Counted from the first letter of the stretch, positions 1 through 14,468 are shown. The stretch is 44,534 nucleotides of DNA from a virus (IMGVR_UViG_2734482570_000015), one strand, 5' to 3'. A program made the numbers and translations. The notes: generated by a model not told the origin, from the letters alone.

Positions 1-3968
<3,968 letters not shown>

Positions 3969-4028
3969 TCCTCACGCTCCATAAACGACAAAACCGCCCG
4001 CAGGCGGTTTCTCATAAAACATTTTGCA

Positions 4029-4676
4029 TCAGCGACCAATCACCACAACCTGACCACCATCCCCTTCGTCTGCCGTGCTGATCTCCTGAGAAACCACACG
4101 TGACCCCACGCGCATTTCCCCGTACAGAACAGGCAGAACATTACCCTGGGCAACCATGTTATCCAGTGACGAGAAATACGTGTTCTGTTTGCCGTTATCT
4201 GTACTGGCTGCCGTGGGCGTCCTGGCTTTCGGTGCCAGCATCTGCGCCACACCACCCAGGATCATACTGGCCCCTGCTGCATACATACCCGATACAGCCG
4301 CGGCCCCCAGCCAGCCCACAGGGTTCCACCATGCCACCGCAATCAGCGCCGCACCCAGCACCGCCTGAAACACACCGCCACTTTTGGCACCCGCCAGACG
4401 CGGAACGATGTGGATCACGGCACCATTTGCCAGCGGTTCATTAAGACGGGCAGATAATTCATTTTCGCCTGCATCACGCCCGGCAATGCGCACCTGATAC
4501 CAGCCGTCGCTCAGTTTCTGACGAAATGCCGGGAGCTGTGTGGCCAGTGCCCGGATGGCTTCGGCCCCCGTTTTCACACGAAGGTCGATGCGGCGGCCAA
4601 ATCGCTGCAAATCCCCGTAAAGGCAGATGCGTGCCATGCCCGGTGACGCCAGAGGGAGTGTGTGCGTCGCTGCCAT
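4029..4676 (-). CDS. I: Tail assembly protein I
   Basis: 215 aa beginning MAATHTLPLASPGMARICLYGDLQRFGRRIDLRV, matching lambda gpI as recalled; sits between K and J. Confidence 0.85.
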   Translation of the reverse strand: MAATHTLPLASPGMARICLYGDLQRFGRRIDLRVKTGAEAIRALATQLPAFRQKLSDGWYQVRIAGRDAGENELSARLNEPLANGAVIHIVPRLAGAKSGGVFQAVLGAALIAVAWWNPVGWLGAAAVSGMYAAGASMILGGVAQMLAPKARTPTAASTDNGKQNTYFSSLDNMVAQGNVLPVLYGEMRVGSRVVSQEISTADEGDGGQVVVIGR

Positions 4677-5317
4677 TTGTCGGTGTACCTCTCTCGTTTG
4701 CTCAGTTGTTCAGGAATATGGTGCAGCAGCTCGCCGTCACCACAGTAAATGGCGGCATGATTCGGCACCGATGAACCAAAGCAGCACAGCAGCACATCGC
4801 CCGGCTGCGCCGTTGACAACGGCACCTGATACAGCCCTGTAGCCTCCAGATTATCCAGATAGAGATTCTGACCATTACGCCACCAGTCGTCCTCACGATG
4901 AAAATCTGGCATCTCAATTCCCGCCAGATGGTAAGCGTCCCGGAACAGCGTGTAACAGTCCGTCACCCCGTGCTCAAAGCGCCGCCCGGTGAGATGCGGC
5001 ACACAGCGGAACTTGTGAATCGCCCCGCGGCAGACCAGCCACCACGACAAATCACTCTGCACCTGCAGCCGCCGGTCGGCCTCACTCAGCCAGGGCAGAC
5101 CACCGGGGTGGCTGTGGACCAGCGCCACAATCTCACCCTGCATCTCTGCCTGCAGCCAGTCCTCCGGAGCCATCCGGAAATACTCCTCCGGCTCACCGGA
5201 AATATTCACGCAGGGAAAATATCTTTCCCCCTCCGGTGTTCTCACCACGAAGCCGCACGACTCCGCTGGCGCACATCGCCGGGCGTGCGCCAGAATCGCT
5301 GATTCTGTCTGTGTCAT
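4574..5317 (-). CDS. K: Tail assembly protein K (predicted JAB/MPN plus NlpC/P60 family); overlaps the start of I as in lambda
   Basis: 247-aa ORF beginning MTQTESAILAHARRCAPAESCGFVV with an HSHP motif; positioned between L and I. Exact 3' end uncertain (lambda K is shorter). Confidence 0.75.
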   Translation of the reverse strand: MTQTESAILAHARRCAPAESCGFVVRTPEGERYFPCVNISGEPEEYFRMAPEDWLQAEMQGEIVALVHSHPGGLPWLSEADRRLQVQSDLSWWLVCRGAIHKFRCVPHLTGRRFEHGVTDCYTLFRDAYHLAGIEMPDFHREDDWWRNGQNLYLDNLEATGLYQVPLSTAQPGDVLLCCFGSSVPNHAAIYCGDGELLHHIPEQLSKRERYTDKWQRRTHSLWRHRAWHASAFTGICSDLAAASTFV

Positions 5318-5322
5318 GGGAT

Positions 5323-6021
5323 TTACTGCGAAAGTTTGTTAATGGAAAGGAAGCCGCCAAAGTTGCCGACGTTATTGCGGAACTTACAACCGCTCAGGCA
5401 TTTGCTGCATTTATCCTTCGTGATATCGGACGTTGGCTGGTCATATTCATCCGCGACAGCCGGACCGTGATAACCGCACTCATCACCGCGATAGGTCCAG
5501 GTGCAGGTATTAGCAAGCATGATGCGCCCCGGAAAAACAGCGCCGTCCGTTTCCGTCGGCGTGGACAGTACAAAGGAGGCACTGACCGCGCTCAGTTCGC
5601 TGCACTGCTCAATACGCCAGCGGCTGATCACCTCCTGCTCCGGATCGGCGTCACTGTTTCCGTTGACGAAGTTCACCGCATCCAGAAAACGGGCGTAAAC
5701 CTTACGCCTGACCACCGTTCCGCCGACCAGACTCTGCAGGTCTTCCGCCATCCCGGTGACCATGCCGTGCAGATTAGAGACTTTCAGCGTTGGCCTTGCA
5801 CTGGCACCTTTGCCGTTCATCTCAAATCCACTCCCCTGAATGGGATAGGCCTGATACTGCCGACTCTGCCAGGTGACAGACTCTCCTTTCTCGTTCTGCT
5901 CATTGCAGAAAAAGTAGCGATCCCCGCCTACCTCGGTCAGGTCGATTTCCCAGAGCACCACGCTGGCCGACTGCTCCGCACGAATGCATTCATTCAGCGT
6001 TTCCTGTTGTATGTCCTGCAT
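5323..6021 (-). CDS. L: Minor tail protein L
   Basis: 232 aa, same length as lambda gpL; C-terminal Cys cluster (CSKCLSGCKF); synteny M-L-K-I-J. Confidence 0.85.
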   Translation of the reverse strand: MQDIQQETLNECIRAEQSASVVLWEIDLTEVGGDRYFFCNEQNEKGESVTWQSRQYQAYPIQGSGFEMNGKGASARPTLKVSNLHGMVTGMAEDLQSLVGGTVVRRKVYARFLDAVNFVNGNSDADPEQEVISRWRIEQCSELSAVSASFVLSTPTETDGAVFPGRIMLANTCTWTYRGDECGYHGPAVADEYDQPTSDITKDKCSKCLSGCKFRNNVGNFGGFLSINKLSQ

Positions 6022-6359
6022 CAGATCACCACTTCGTCAAACTGACACGAAAAATCGGTATAGGTGATATGTTCTGTCGCTGACCACGTTCGACACACCA
6101 CTCTGATTTTTCTGTTAATACCCGGCGGGCGCCAAAAAAAAGATTTATAGCCTTCATGCCGGGCTAAAAATTTTTCAAATGAATCACGTTCATTCGCCTC
6201 AACTTTGAAATCACAGGTGAAAACGCGCAGAGAATGATTAAGTCCATTTGGACTTCGTTGCTCATAACCATCACCAAATCTTACAGTTTTTATCGATGGT
6301 TTATTTTCTGTTTTCATTCCATCCTCTGGTAACCAGTGAAATTCTTCCGTATTAGCCAC
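6021..6359 (-). CDS. M: Minor tail protein M
   Basis: 112 aa with VRFGDGYEQRSP and FFWRPP motifs resembling lambda gpM; sits between tape measure and L. Confidence 0.8.
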   Translation of the reverse strand: MANTEEFHWLPEDGMKTENKPSIKTVRFGDGYEQRSPNGLNHSLRVFTCDFKVEANERDSFEKFLARHEGYKSFFWRPPGINRKIRVVCRTWSATEHITYTDFSCQFDEVVI

Positions 6360-9300
6360 TTAACATTCCCCCATCACGTCGCATATTTAACAGATTGCCC
6401 TGCACCCGCTGATCAACCATCCCCATAAGTGCTTTTATTGCCTGAGGGCCAATCTCTCCATTCTGGCCGTCATTTTGAATAGTGATTTGGTATACAGGGG
6501 CATAGGTAATATCTCCGCCTCCATTACCACTTTTACTATTAATAGCTCTGACACCAAGAGAACCATCGGAAGTTCGTGTTAATGGCATAATGGCTTCCGG
6601 TCCAGCCTCACCAAAAACACCAGCCCCTTTTGCAAAAGCAAAAAATTGCGGGGAATCATAAATACCGTTCGAATACGTGCTCAATGACGGAGACTCATAA
6701 ACACCGCCCTTTGCATTCGGAATAAATTTACTAATAGCACTCCCGATAGTTCCTAAAATCCCCCCAGAAGAACTGTTACTAATGCTGTCGAAAATCCCAG
6801 TAATTGAAGCCTTTAATGCTATTCGACTAAGATCCGAAATCACGGAAGTAGCGAAAGAACGAAAATTTGCCTTGCCTGTCGTGACAAAATCACCCAGCGC
6901 ATCGGTCATCCCATCAAACATCTGAGTCGTGGTTGATTTTATCTGCTCACTGATATCCTTAGTGTCATCCAGCCAGTTATTGAATCCCTGGGAGGCACCA
7001 CTAACCCAGTCTCCTGCCTGAATATCGAGCTGCTCGTTTTTCTGTCTGACAATTTCTTTTTCCCGTTCCAGAGCATCATTCAGAGCCTGCATTTTCTCTT
7101 GAAAAACATGATCTGACATTCCACGGGATTTATCTGCATAGTCACGTTCAAGTTGCAGACGCTGATTGTTATATCCATGTTCAATCCGCAGTAATTCCTG
7201 CTGGCGTTGCTGATTTTTATCGCCAACCCCATAACCAGCAATCTGAATATCATACCCCTGCTGACGATTATCAATCGAAGCCTGCAATGAATCACGCCAT
7301 GCTGTTATTTCGGCGGATTCCTTGATTAGCCTGTTATTTTTTTCAATCGCAACATTTTTCTCCATCAACGTGGTTATTTCTTCCCGGTGTAAGAGAAGCG
7401 ATTTCTGATCCTGGGTTAATTTCGATGATGGTCGTGACTCTAGGTCGGCAATCCGCTGACGCCACTTAACCAGTTCCTGTTCAGAGGAACTTAATTTAAC
7501 GGTCAACTCAGCTTGTGAACTTAGTAACGCATTCTGTTGATTCAGATGATCAATCATTCGTTGGGCTGCATCATCAGAATAACCTTTCGCCTTTGGTTGC
7601 TTTGGATCTTTATAACGCTCATTTATTTGAGCGATAAGATTATTATATTCTTCCTTTGAATACTGATTCTTTAGCTTTTCCAGTTTTGCAAGTTCACTAG
7701 CTCTCTGCTGCTCCCGGGTCTGATATTGTTTTGAAAAGGCATCTGCTCTCTGTCTGAGTTCAATTCCTTCCTGTTGTCGCTTGTTGTAATCGTTTATTGA
7801 TGAATTTAGTACGTCCTGAGCAATTTTTTCTGCTTGAAGTACGCCCAATTGCTGCTTTAATCGTGCCAGCCTTTTATTTTGAGCTCCGCCATCTCCAATG
7901 CCACCTAACCCGAAAACTCCGGGTCGGGTATTTTTTTCTATTTCATCAATTTGACGGAGAACATCTGAGATTTTTTGATCAAGGGAGGCCTCACGGCCAA
8001 TATCCAGCATGGAATCCCATGCCCATTTTGCGGAGTCTGCGACAGCTTTCCATGCAGTCTCAAGATAACCAAGATTTTCTTTAATCTGGTTGGTGCGCTG
8101 GATCATTGAGGATGAGTATTCTTCTGTCGCAATGCGGGCGGCCTCCTACTGGTTCCCTTCATCCTGTAGCGCCTTAATCTGGTTATAAGTCGCAAGTGTC
8201 AGAAAATGGTACTGATCATTAAGTTTTGATATGGCACTGACAGGATCCTTTGCAATTTCATTGAAGTCATTAACCAGTTGTTCGGTTGATATTCCTGTTA
8301 CTTCGCTCGTTTTTACTATCGCTGTCGTCACTTGCTCCAGCGAACTGCTCGCTACCTTTCCCGAACGCACAAGCTGATTTAATACTGCCGCCGCAGCACC
8401 AGTTGTCGAATCAGCCGCATTCCCGGCACGTTGAGCTATATCGCCCAATTGCCCGCTGGTTGTCCCCAACTGATTTCCGGTAAGAATAAGAGATTTATTA
8501 AATTCGTCCTGCTCCTGAGAGCCTTTATAGTAAGCCAGTCCTAAGACCCCAACGGCTGCTGCGGCCAGGGTAAAAGGATTAATTAATCCCAGCACATAAG
8601 AACCTACACCTTTGATCGCCGGGCCAATCCCACCGAACATATCTTTTAGCTGGCCGCCCTGCTGCATTAACACCATAAATGGCGACTGACCAGTGGACAA
8701 CCCAACAACAATATCCGTCATTTGTACAGGCAACATGCGCATAGCAAAAGCCGTTTGTTTTGCCGACATTCCGGTTTTGCTTAATTGTGATTGAGTAACC
8801 TCAAGCTCACTCCGCATAGCACGAAGTTTTCCAGAAAGCTCCTCATACATTTCAGGAGAAAGCATCCCCTTAGCTTTTGCTTCATTGAGCTGTTTCTGTT
8901 GTTCTACCAGACGATTAAAAGCAGTTCCGACAGGATCAAGTTGAGCAATCAGACGTTGCAAAGCAACAACCTGTTCATCATGCGCTTTTGCTGCTTCTCG
9001 CTCTGCCTGAGCCTCTCCGGTAAGCTCTCGCCGTGTTTCCTGTATTTTTCGGCTATAATTCTCAAACTGAGAACCATTTATTTTCCCGGATGCAAACGCA
9101 GCATTAAGTTCATCATGCTGTTGTTCAAGATTTCTTAGCGCCGCAGCCAGAGGGTCGATCTTGTCCAGCATTCTTTGAAAGGCCTGAGCCTGCGCTTCCT
9201 GCTGGGCGGCAGCAAGTTTTCCGGCCTTCTCGGCTTCTCTCTGCGCTTGCGCAACCCCGCTCAATTCCTCTGTGGTTTCATTAAGTTTACGGACAAGAAA

Positions 9301-9585
9301 TTCATATTCTTCTTTATCAATAAGCCCTTTATCGAAAAATTTCTTTAATTCAGAATAGCGTCGACCGACAGTATCAATTGCGGCACCAACTGGATCAATA
9401 GCTGCTTTTAATTTTGCGAGCGCGTTCTTCTCATCTTCTGTTGCCTTAGTCACTTTCCCTGCGCTATTTGCAGCAGTTTCCCCAGCCTGCGTCATTTTGA
9501 CTAATGAGGAGGTCAGATTGTCAGCATTATTTTTCGCTCCAGTGCTATCAATAATTATTGCGAGACGCGAGGTTTGCTCTGCCAT
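6352..9585 (-). CDS. Tail tape measure protein, read as one frame but interrupted by a single in-frame TAG at 8146-8148
   Basis: ORF 8146-9585 (479 aa, coiled-coil rich with hydrophobic segment [30 protein letters not shown]) and ORF 6352-8106 (584 aa) are in the same frame. The 39 nt between them translate without a stop ([14 protein letters not shown]). Together they would make about 1077 aa. Confidence 0.8.
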
Positions 9586-9606
9586 TTATTAAAACTCCTG
9601 ACAACA

Positions 9607-9630
9607 AAAAACCCACCGCGAAGTGGGTTT
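9607..9630 (-). terminator. Rho-independent terminator between the G-T chaperone gene and the tape measure gene
   Basis: Minus strand reads AAACCCAC-ttcgcg-GTGGGTTT followed by a T-run (8-bp stem, 6-nt loop). Confidence 0.55.
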
Positions 9631-9750
9631 CAGGCGACATAATAGTAGATATAGCGATTACGAGGCCACGCAATGCTTTTCTCCAGGAGCATCATCGATT
9701 TAATTAAAGACACCATCACATCTCTGTAACAGAGTGTACGTAATTAACAA

Positions 9751-10520
9751 CTACACACACTGCTCCTGAAAATACTGGTCATCCAGTGCAAAGATCACTG
9801 CTTCAAATTCATCGCGCTCAATCAATACCGGATGAGTGGCTAAATATTCATTTATCTCTGTCAGAGATAAAGGCAAAGGCACCCCAGCCATTCCAGCATA
9901 ACGTCGGGCACGGGATATTACCGAATAGGCGTACAACAACTCCTTAAGCACCGGGTCTATTTCTGGTTCCGGTATCGGTGGCAACCTGAGTTTTTCTCGC
10001 TTCCATCTTGCCTTTTCCCCCCTTTCTCCCCCGAACTCCGATAACCACCGCTGGGCAGCTATGGCTTTTTTATCGTATCCTGCTTCTGCTGCTCTTTACC
10101 CTGGGCGATGCTGGCTGCTTCTGCAAGGATCTGCCAGTACAACTCTGGATTCTGCTTAAGCAGCGCGATCCCTCGTTCTGCCGTATATTCCAGTGCAACC
10201 TCAACACCATTAACCAGTTCACCAACCCCTTTCCAGTCTTTCAGCAGATAACGAGCGGCATTATCAATGAGTAAATCATCAACAGAATCCACCTCGGAAA
10301 CCTTTGAAATATCAAACTCCTTCGTTCCGACGTGCAAACTGGCATCCATTTTCTCAATGTGGCGACGGATTAATGCATTACGGGAGCGATACTGATCGTT
10401 ATCGCTGCTTGCCACCAACAGTTTTAACCCGTCTACAGGTTTTAAGTCCTTCATTGGCGTAAACCAGCGTTCTCCACCAATGATAATTTTCTGATTAAGA
10501 ATAAACATCCATAACCTCAT
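9751..10520 (-). CDS. Tail assembly chaperone G-T fusion made by -1 programmed frameshift
   Basis: The -1 frame is open from the slippery heptamer through ORF 9751-9984 (which the ORF track begins at a TTG): ...KKAIAAQRWLSEFGGERGEKARWKREKLRLPPIPEPE... Confidence 0.65.
10059..10520 (-). CDS. Tail assembly chaperone (gpG-like)
   Basis: 153-aa ORF immediately upstream of the tape measure gene; ends ...KEQQKQDTIKKP with a slippery site two codons before the stop. Confidence 0.75.
   Translation of the reverse strand: MRLWMFILNQKIIIGGERWFTPMKDLKPVDGLKLLVASSDNDQYRSRNALIRRHIEKMDASLHVGTKEFDISKVSEVDSVDDLLIDNAARYLLKDWKGVGELVNGVEVALEYTAERGIALLKQNPELYWQILAEAASIAQGKEQQKQDTIKKP
10065..10071 (-). promoter_or_regulatory. 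-1 ribosomal frameshift slippery heptamer A AAA AAG
   Basis: Minus strand reads gat acg ata aaa aag cca tag; zero-frame codons AAA AAG preceded by A, the canonical X XXY YYZ form, two codons before the G stop. Confidence 0.65.
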
Positions 10521-10568
10521 TCAATGCGTCCCCCTGTAGGGCAGTACCACAGGAGGAATAACGGAAAA

Positions 10569-11531
10569 TCAACTAATCGCCTCAGCACTGGCTTTTGCGA
10601 TCACGGCAGCCGGGGAATTTTTTTTTCTGGTTATCGTAGGTGCTTCATCTGCTGCGGTAATGCTCAATTGAACCTGGATAATGTCGCTATTACCCCCATC
10701 AGGCCATTCACCTGACACCTGAACCTTCGGGAAACTGAAAGTGTATGCCCCCTCTCCATTCGAAAGCGTGAAGCTGAACGGAACTGTTTCTCCAGTCAGT
10801 GTTTTACTCCAGATTTCCCACGCGGCTTTAGACCATGAAAGCGTCACCGTACCGGACGGTGTAAAAGTAGTCGGAATATTTGCTCCTGCATAAGGCGAGC
10901 CAGTCCCGATACAACGCTGTGTCTGGAGTTTGTTATCGAACTGAATATCAAAACTGTCGATACAAAAACCGTTACCTCCGGCAACACCATTCAGGCTTAC
11001 TGCTGAAACCTCCTTAAACGAATAACGTAGCTTTCCTGCACTATCCACAGGTTCGCCTTTGATAAAATTCGTATCATCGGCCTTTGATTCCCAGTCCAGT
11101 CCGGCAAAGGTTACGGTCGCTGTAATATCGCCGTCGTTAGGGATCTGCATTTTCCATGAGCCAACCTGCGCTCCTCTGACGACAGAGGCAATTCCGACAT
11201 CGGACGCATAGGTCGCCAGAGAAAATGTTATTCGCTCATTCCCCATTGTCAGAGAATCGCCTGACCATTCCGCGCCGAAACAGGATGCAAGAAAATCATC
11301 ATGTTGACCCCAGCGAAATTTGGTACCAACATCACCGCCGACATCCACAGTGCCAGGCGTCGCCCCCTGAGCCATCCGGGAGCCACCAATCTCATTATTT
11401 TCGCCTTTATTCTGGGTGGGTTTTACTCCCCAGCTTGTGCGTTTTAATAAACTCCAGTCACCACTTGCTGGCGTAGTGCCTGCAACCGTCTCCCGGATAA
11501 ATGCCGAGATAACCTTTGCACCTGAACTCAC
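10569..11531 (-). CDS. Major tail (tube) protein with C-terminal Ig-like extension
   Basis: 320 aa; position between the tail terminator and the G/G-T chaperone; Ser/Thr/Gly-rich beta-type sequence typical of tail tube proteins. Confidence 0.65.
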   Translation of the reverse strand: MSSGAKVISAFIRETVAGTTPASGDWSLLKRTSWGVKPTQNKGENNEIGGSRMAQGATPGTVDVGGDVGTKFRWGQHDDFLASCFGAEWSGDSLTMGNERITFSLATYASDVGIASVVRGAQVGSWKMQIPNDGDITATVTFAGLDWESKADDTNFIKGEPVDSAGKLRYSFKEVSAVSLNGVAGGNGFCIDSFDIQFDNKLQTQRCIGTGSPYAGANIPTTFTPSGTVTLSWSKAAWEIWSKTLTGETVPFSFTLSNGEGAYTFSFPKVQVSGEWPDGGNSDIIQVQLSITAADEAPTITRKKNSPAAVIAKASAEAIS

Positions 11532-11557
11532 AGGAGCCTCCTATGTCATTAATTGCG

Positions 11558-11950
11558 CTAGAGCGCGCGATATGGAATTTGAAGATTAAGCTGGAACCAG
11601 CCATTCTTTTCGCCAACGGCTATTGAGGAAACAGCCTGGTAACTGAGACGATCGTCATCCTGAAACTCAAACAGTTCCCGCAATTTATCGGCTGTCTCAG
11701 TAATGAGTTTTGAACCAGAACCTGCGGGGACAAATAACTGAATAATGATTATCCCCGTGCGATAAACAACCGGCCCCGCGCCAATTTCATTAACTCCAGC
11801 CTGCCCGGGAATATTACTTAACCGCGCCCAGATTAACTTACCGGAAGGATCGAACGTTGGCCCGTTCGGATACAATACGTCTTTTCCATCAATAATCGTC
11901 TGTGCCGTCATTCTGGAAATAACCGTATTTCTGATTTCAGTAAACTTCAT
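11558..11950 (-). CDS. Tail terminator / tail completion protein (gpU-like)
   Basis: 130-aa ORF directly upstream of the major tail gene; assignment by synteny. Confidence 0.5.
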   Translation of the reverse strand: MKFTEIRNTVISRMTAQTIIDGKDVLYPNGPTFDPSGKLIWARLSNIPGQAGVNEIGAGPVVYRTGIIIIQLFVPAGSGSKLITETADKLRELFEFQDDDRLSYQAVSSIAVGEKNGWFQLNLQIPYRAL

Positions 11951-12327
11951 TTGTAAGCCTGTAAAACACCATGAAAAGCGTTGGCATACACGCCAGTTGG
12001 CGCTTGTTGTGAATGACCGTTTTCAAGAGCCTCTGCATAAGGAAGGTTATTCTGGATATAAATAACCCCGTAATTTGCAGCTTTCGAAATAACCCCGATC
12101 CCACGCTGAACAGCAATCGTACCGTTCGGATCCACGTTATCAGATATACCAAAATCGGGATGCTGTAACGACACCAGGTTGTTATTTCTGAAACGTCCGG
12201 TATCAACCGGAGCAGCAATATCAATAGCAGTAAGAATCTGCATAGCGATGTAGCGAATCTTCAGCCCTACATCTTCCTCAATCATCCCGGCAAATATTGA
12301 CGGTTCTATATCCCATGCCTTTGCCAT
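11947..12327 (-). CDS. Neck / tail component protein (HK97 gp10-like or Z-like)
   Basis: 126-aa ORF; start overlaps the stop of the upstream gene (translational coupling); assignment by synteny. Confidence 0.45.
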   Translation of the reverse strand: MAKAWDIEPSIFAGMIEEDVGLKIRYIAMQILTAIDIAAPVDTGRFRNNNLVSLQHPDFGISDNVDPNGTIAVQRGIGVISKAANYGVIYIQNNLPYAEALENGHSQQAPTGVYANAFHGVLQAYK

Positions 12328-12711
12328 TTACGCTCTCCTTAACTGGATAGAGTAAACTGATGCGGAAGGATCTACACTTGCTGTAATTACCTCGTATCGT
12401 TGTAACTGCCTTGATACAGGATCATAAATCTCAATAATATGGTCGACAGCTGGTTTATCCGTAACCTCGCATACCAGAGCGGTTAATTTAAGGTCACCAT
12501 GCAAAATATTAATCCCATCAATTCTGCCCAGCTTATAACGTGTCAACACGCCTCGCCCGGTATAGATTGCGGTGGATTCGCCGCCAGTTTCCGTCACAGG
12601 ATCCCAGTGCCGGTGCGTAACGTAAGAACCAGAAAAATCACTCACGGCGTCCGCTAAATCCTCATCAAAAGCAGCGGCAACCTCTGACTGAATCTCTTCA
12701 CGAAGCCCCAT
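12328..12711 (-). CDS. Head-tail joining (head closure) protein
   Basis: 127 aa; synteny within the neck module. Confidence 0.45.
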   Translation of the reverse strand: MGLREEIQSEVAAAFDEDLADAVSDFSGSYVTHRHWDPVTETGGESTAIYTGRGVLTRYKLGRIDGINILHGDLKLTALVCEVTDKPAVDHIIEIYDPVSRQLQRYEVITASVDPSASVYSIQLRRA

Positions 12712-13106
12712 TATCCCCCCCTCACAACCCTGACTTGTGAGCGACTAAGTCCGTACGGTTTCAGCAGTGCTATCGCAAGCTGTAAATCGGGTTCAAGCAA
12801 TGCAGTGCTGTTTGCTGGCAACTCAGAAAATGATTTCGATACACTGACCCCGTCAGCCGACACGGCTTTACTGATAACAACGCCAGAATCATTTTTCTGC
12901 TGAAACAACTTACCGAATGAGGCAATTCTGGCTGCATATGCTCCCGCAAGTTTTACCTCTTCCGGAATACGGGATGGGTTAATTTTCAGGTTGAAGCCAT
13001 TAAGCCAGGCATTAGCCATTAAAACAGCTTTATTTTTAGCGTTCTCACTCGTCCAGGCGTTCCCAAACGCATTATCAACGTCATCACAGGTCACGTAAGT
13101 GATCAT
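12711..13106 (-). CDS. Head-tail connector / adaptor protein
   Basis: 131 aa; synteny; 1-nt overlap with the downstream gene. Confidence 0.45.
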   Translation of the reverse strand: MITYVTCDDVDNAFGNAWTSENAKNKAVLMANAWLNGFNLKINPSRIPEEVKLAGAYAARIASFGKLFQQKNDSGVVISKAVSADGVSVSKSFSELPANSTALLEPDLQLAIALLKPYGLSRSQVRVVRGG

Positions 13107-13109
13107 GTG

Positions 13110-13286
13110 TTACTCCTGAGTTTTCCAGCCCATAGCCTTCCAGTTGTCAACTTCATCAGGATGAACATTAGCGATAGTTGGTGCGCCGGGAAACATCTGA
13201 TAATCGGTCACCATAACCACTAACTCAATTTGCGTTTTTTGTGCGGCTTCACGCTGTGCTCTTTGCTCTTTAGTTAATCCGGCCAT
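13110..13286 (-). CDS. Small hypothetical protein (58 aa), below the ORF-track size cutoff
   Basis: Hand translation gives MAGLTKEQRAQREAAQKTQIELVVMVTDYQMFPGAPTIANVHPDEVDNWKAMGWKTQE. ATG is preceded by GGGGGG; the stop lies 3 nt before the next gene's ATG. Confidence 0.45.
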   Translation of the reverse strand: MAGLTKEQRAQREAAQKTQIELVVMVTDYQMFPGAPTIANVHPDEVDNWKAMGWKTQE

Positions 13287-13295
13287 ATGCCCCCC

Positions 13296-13319
13296 ATTAA
13301 AAATGGGGCCGAAGCCCCG
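13296..13319 (-). terminator. Rho-independent terminator just downstream of the major capsid gene
   Basis: Minus strand reads GGGGC-TTCG-GCCCC followed by ATTTTTAAT (GC stem with TTCG tetraloop). Confidence 0.7.
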
Positions 13320-13328
13320 TTTGAATGT

Positions 13329-14468
13329 TTAACCAAGAATCAGACAACCATGTGCCGGCTTCACTGATGAAACACCCCATGCCAGTCCAACTTCATAGCG
13401 CACCTGGCGATACTGACGATACAGTGCAATCTGGAACGTAATCCCTGAAATCGGGTCCGTAACATTCATTACATCATCAGCATTATCGCCACCTTCCGGC
13501 ATTGCCGGAGTACGGGATGCCAGCAGAAACGCGTTGCGATCAAACGCCATATTTGCAGTAAAGGCCCCAACAACTGTGATGGCAGTATCATCGGCCAGAT
13601 CCTGACGCAGTCCGGGCGCTGCAAGAGTAATCAGATTGCTGGTCGCTGCTGCCACAACATACTGATTCGGATCACCAGCGAACGTAACAATCTGACCTGC
13701 AGAAATACTCCCCGAACCAGTATCAATGGAAATAAGAACATCGCCTTCTTTTTTCTCTCCATTCACGAGATAACCAGTTGCAGCAACCTTTGGCGCTCGT
13801 TTCACACCTGCCGAACTGTGAATATTGAATCCCTCCAGACGCCCCAACACGCCCTCACGCAGTAGCTGTTCAGTGCCGGATTCATTCACTTTAAACAATA
13901 CAGACTGTTTTCCGCGCAAATTAGCAATGGCAGTGGAGCCAAGCACCATCTGCAGATCGGTTGTCGGTGCGCCGTTATCCTCCAGAACCTGACGAGCCAG
14001 AGCAGCATCAGAAAGATCATCTTTAACACCAAACGGCGTTGTCCCTGCGGTTCCCACGGCGCGGGAAGCACCGAAATACAACGCACCAAGATCAGCCTCA
14101 ACCTCGTTTGCAAGGGCGCGAAAAGCCTGCTTGAACTGATCAGCCAGAATGGTGTTGTAAGTCCCTGAAGGGCCAAGAGCCAGTTGTTCTTCACCATTCC
14201 ATTTAACCGGTGCCATTTTGGATTTAGTAATTTTTACATCAACAGTGCCAATATTTTGATCACCGGTATTCGGAGCTGACGGCCCCGGTACGATATCTTC
14301 GGTTTTCGCCTCAGGCGCAACTGGCGCGGTTACCGTCTGATCTTTTGCTGCGGCGTCAGCTTTTGCGTTTTTTGCTACCGCAGGGATAAAACCTACCTGC
14401 TCACGGGATACAACATCCAGGGCGGTATAAATAGTCGGGATCAACCCGGTCAGGGTATTTCCAGCCAT
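13329..14468 (-). CDS. Major capsid protein
   Basis: 379 aa from the internal ATG (MAGNTLTGLIPTIYTALDVV), which has an upstream AGGAATAT Shine-Dalgarno-like sequence. Sits downstream of the scaffold gene and is followed by a strong terminator. Confidence 0.7.
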   Translation of the reverse strand: MAGNTLTGLIPTIYTALDVVSREQVGFIPAVAKNAKADAAAKDQTVTAPVAPEAKTEDIVPGPSAPNTGDQNIGTVDVKITKSKMAPVKWNGEEQLALGPSGTYNTILADQFKQAFRALANEVEADLGALYFGASRAVGTAGTTPFGVKDDLSDAALARQVLEDNGAPTTDLQMVLGSTAIANLRGKQSVLFKVNESGTEQLLREGVLGRLEGFNIHSSAGVKRAPKVAATGYLVNGEKKEGDVLISIDTGSGSISAGQIVTFAGDPNQYVVAAATSNLITLAAPGLRQDLADDTAITVVGAFTANMAFDRNAFLLASRTPAMPEGGDNADDVMNVTDPISGITFQIALYRQYRQVRYEVGLAWGVSSVKPAHGCLILG

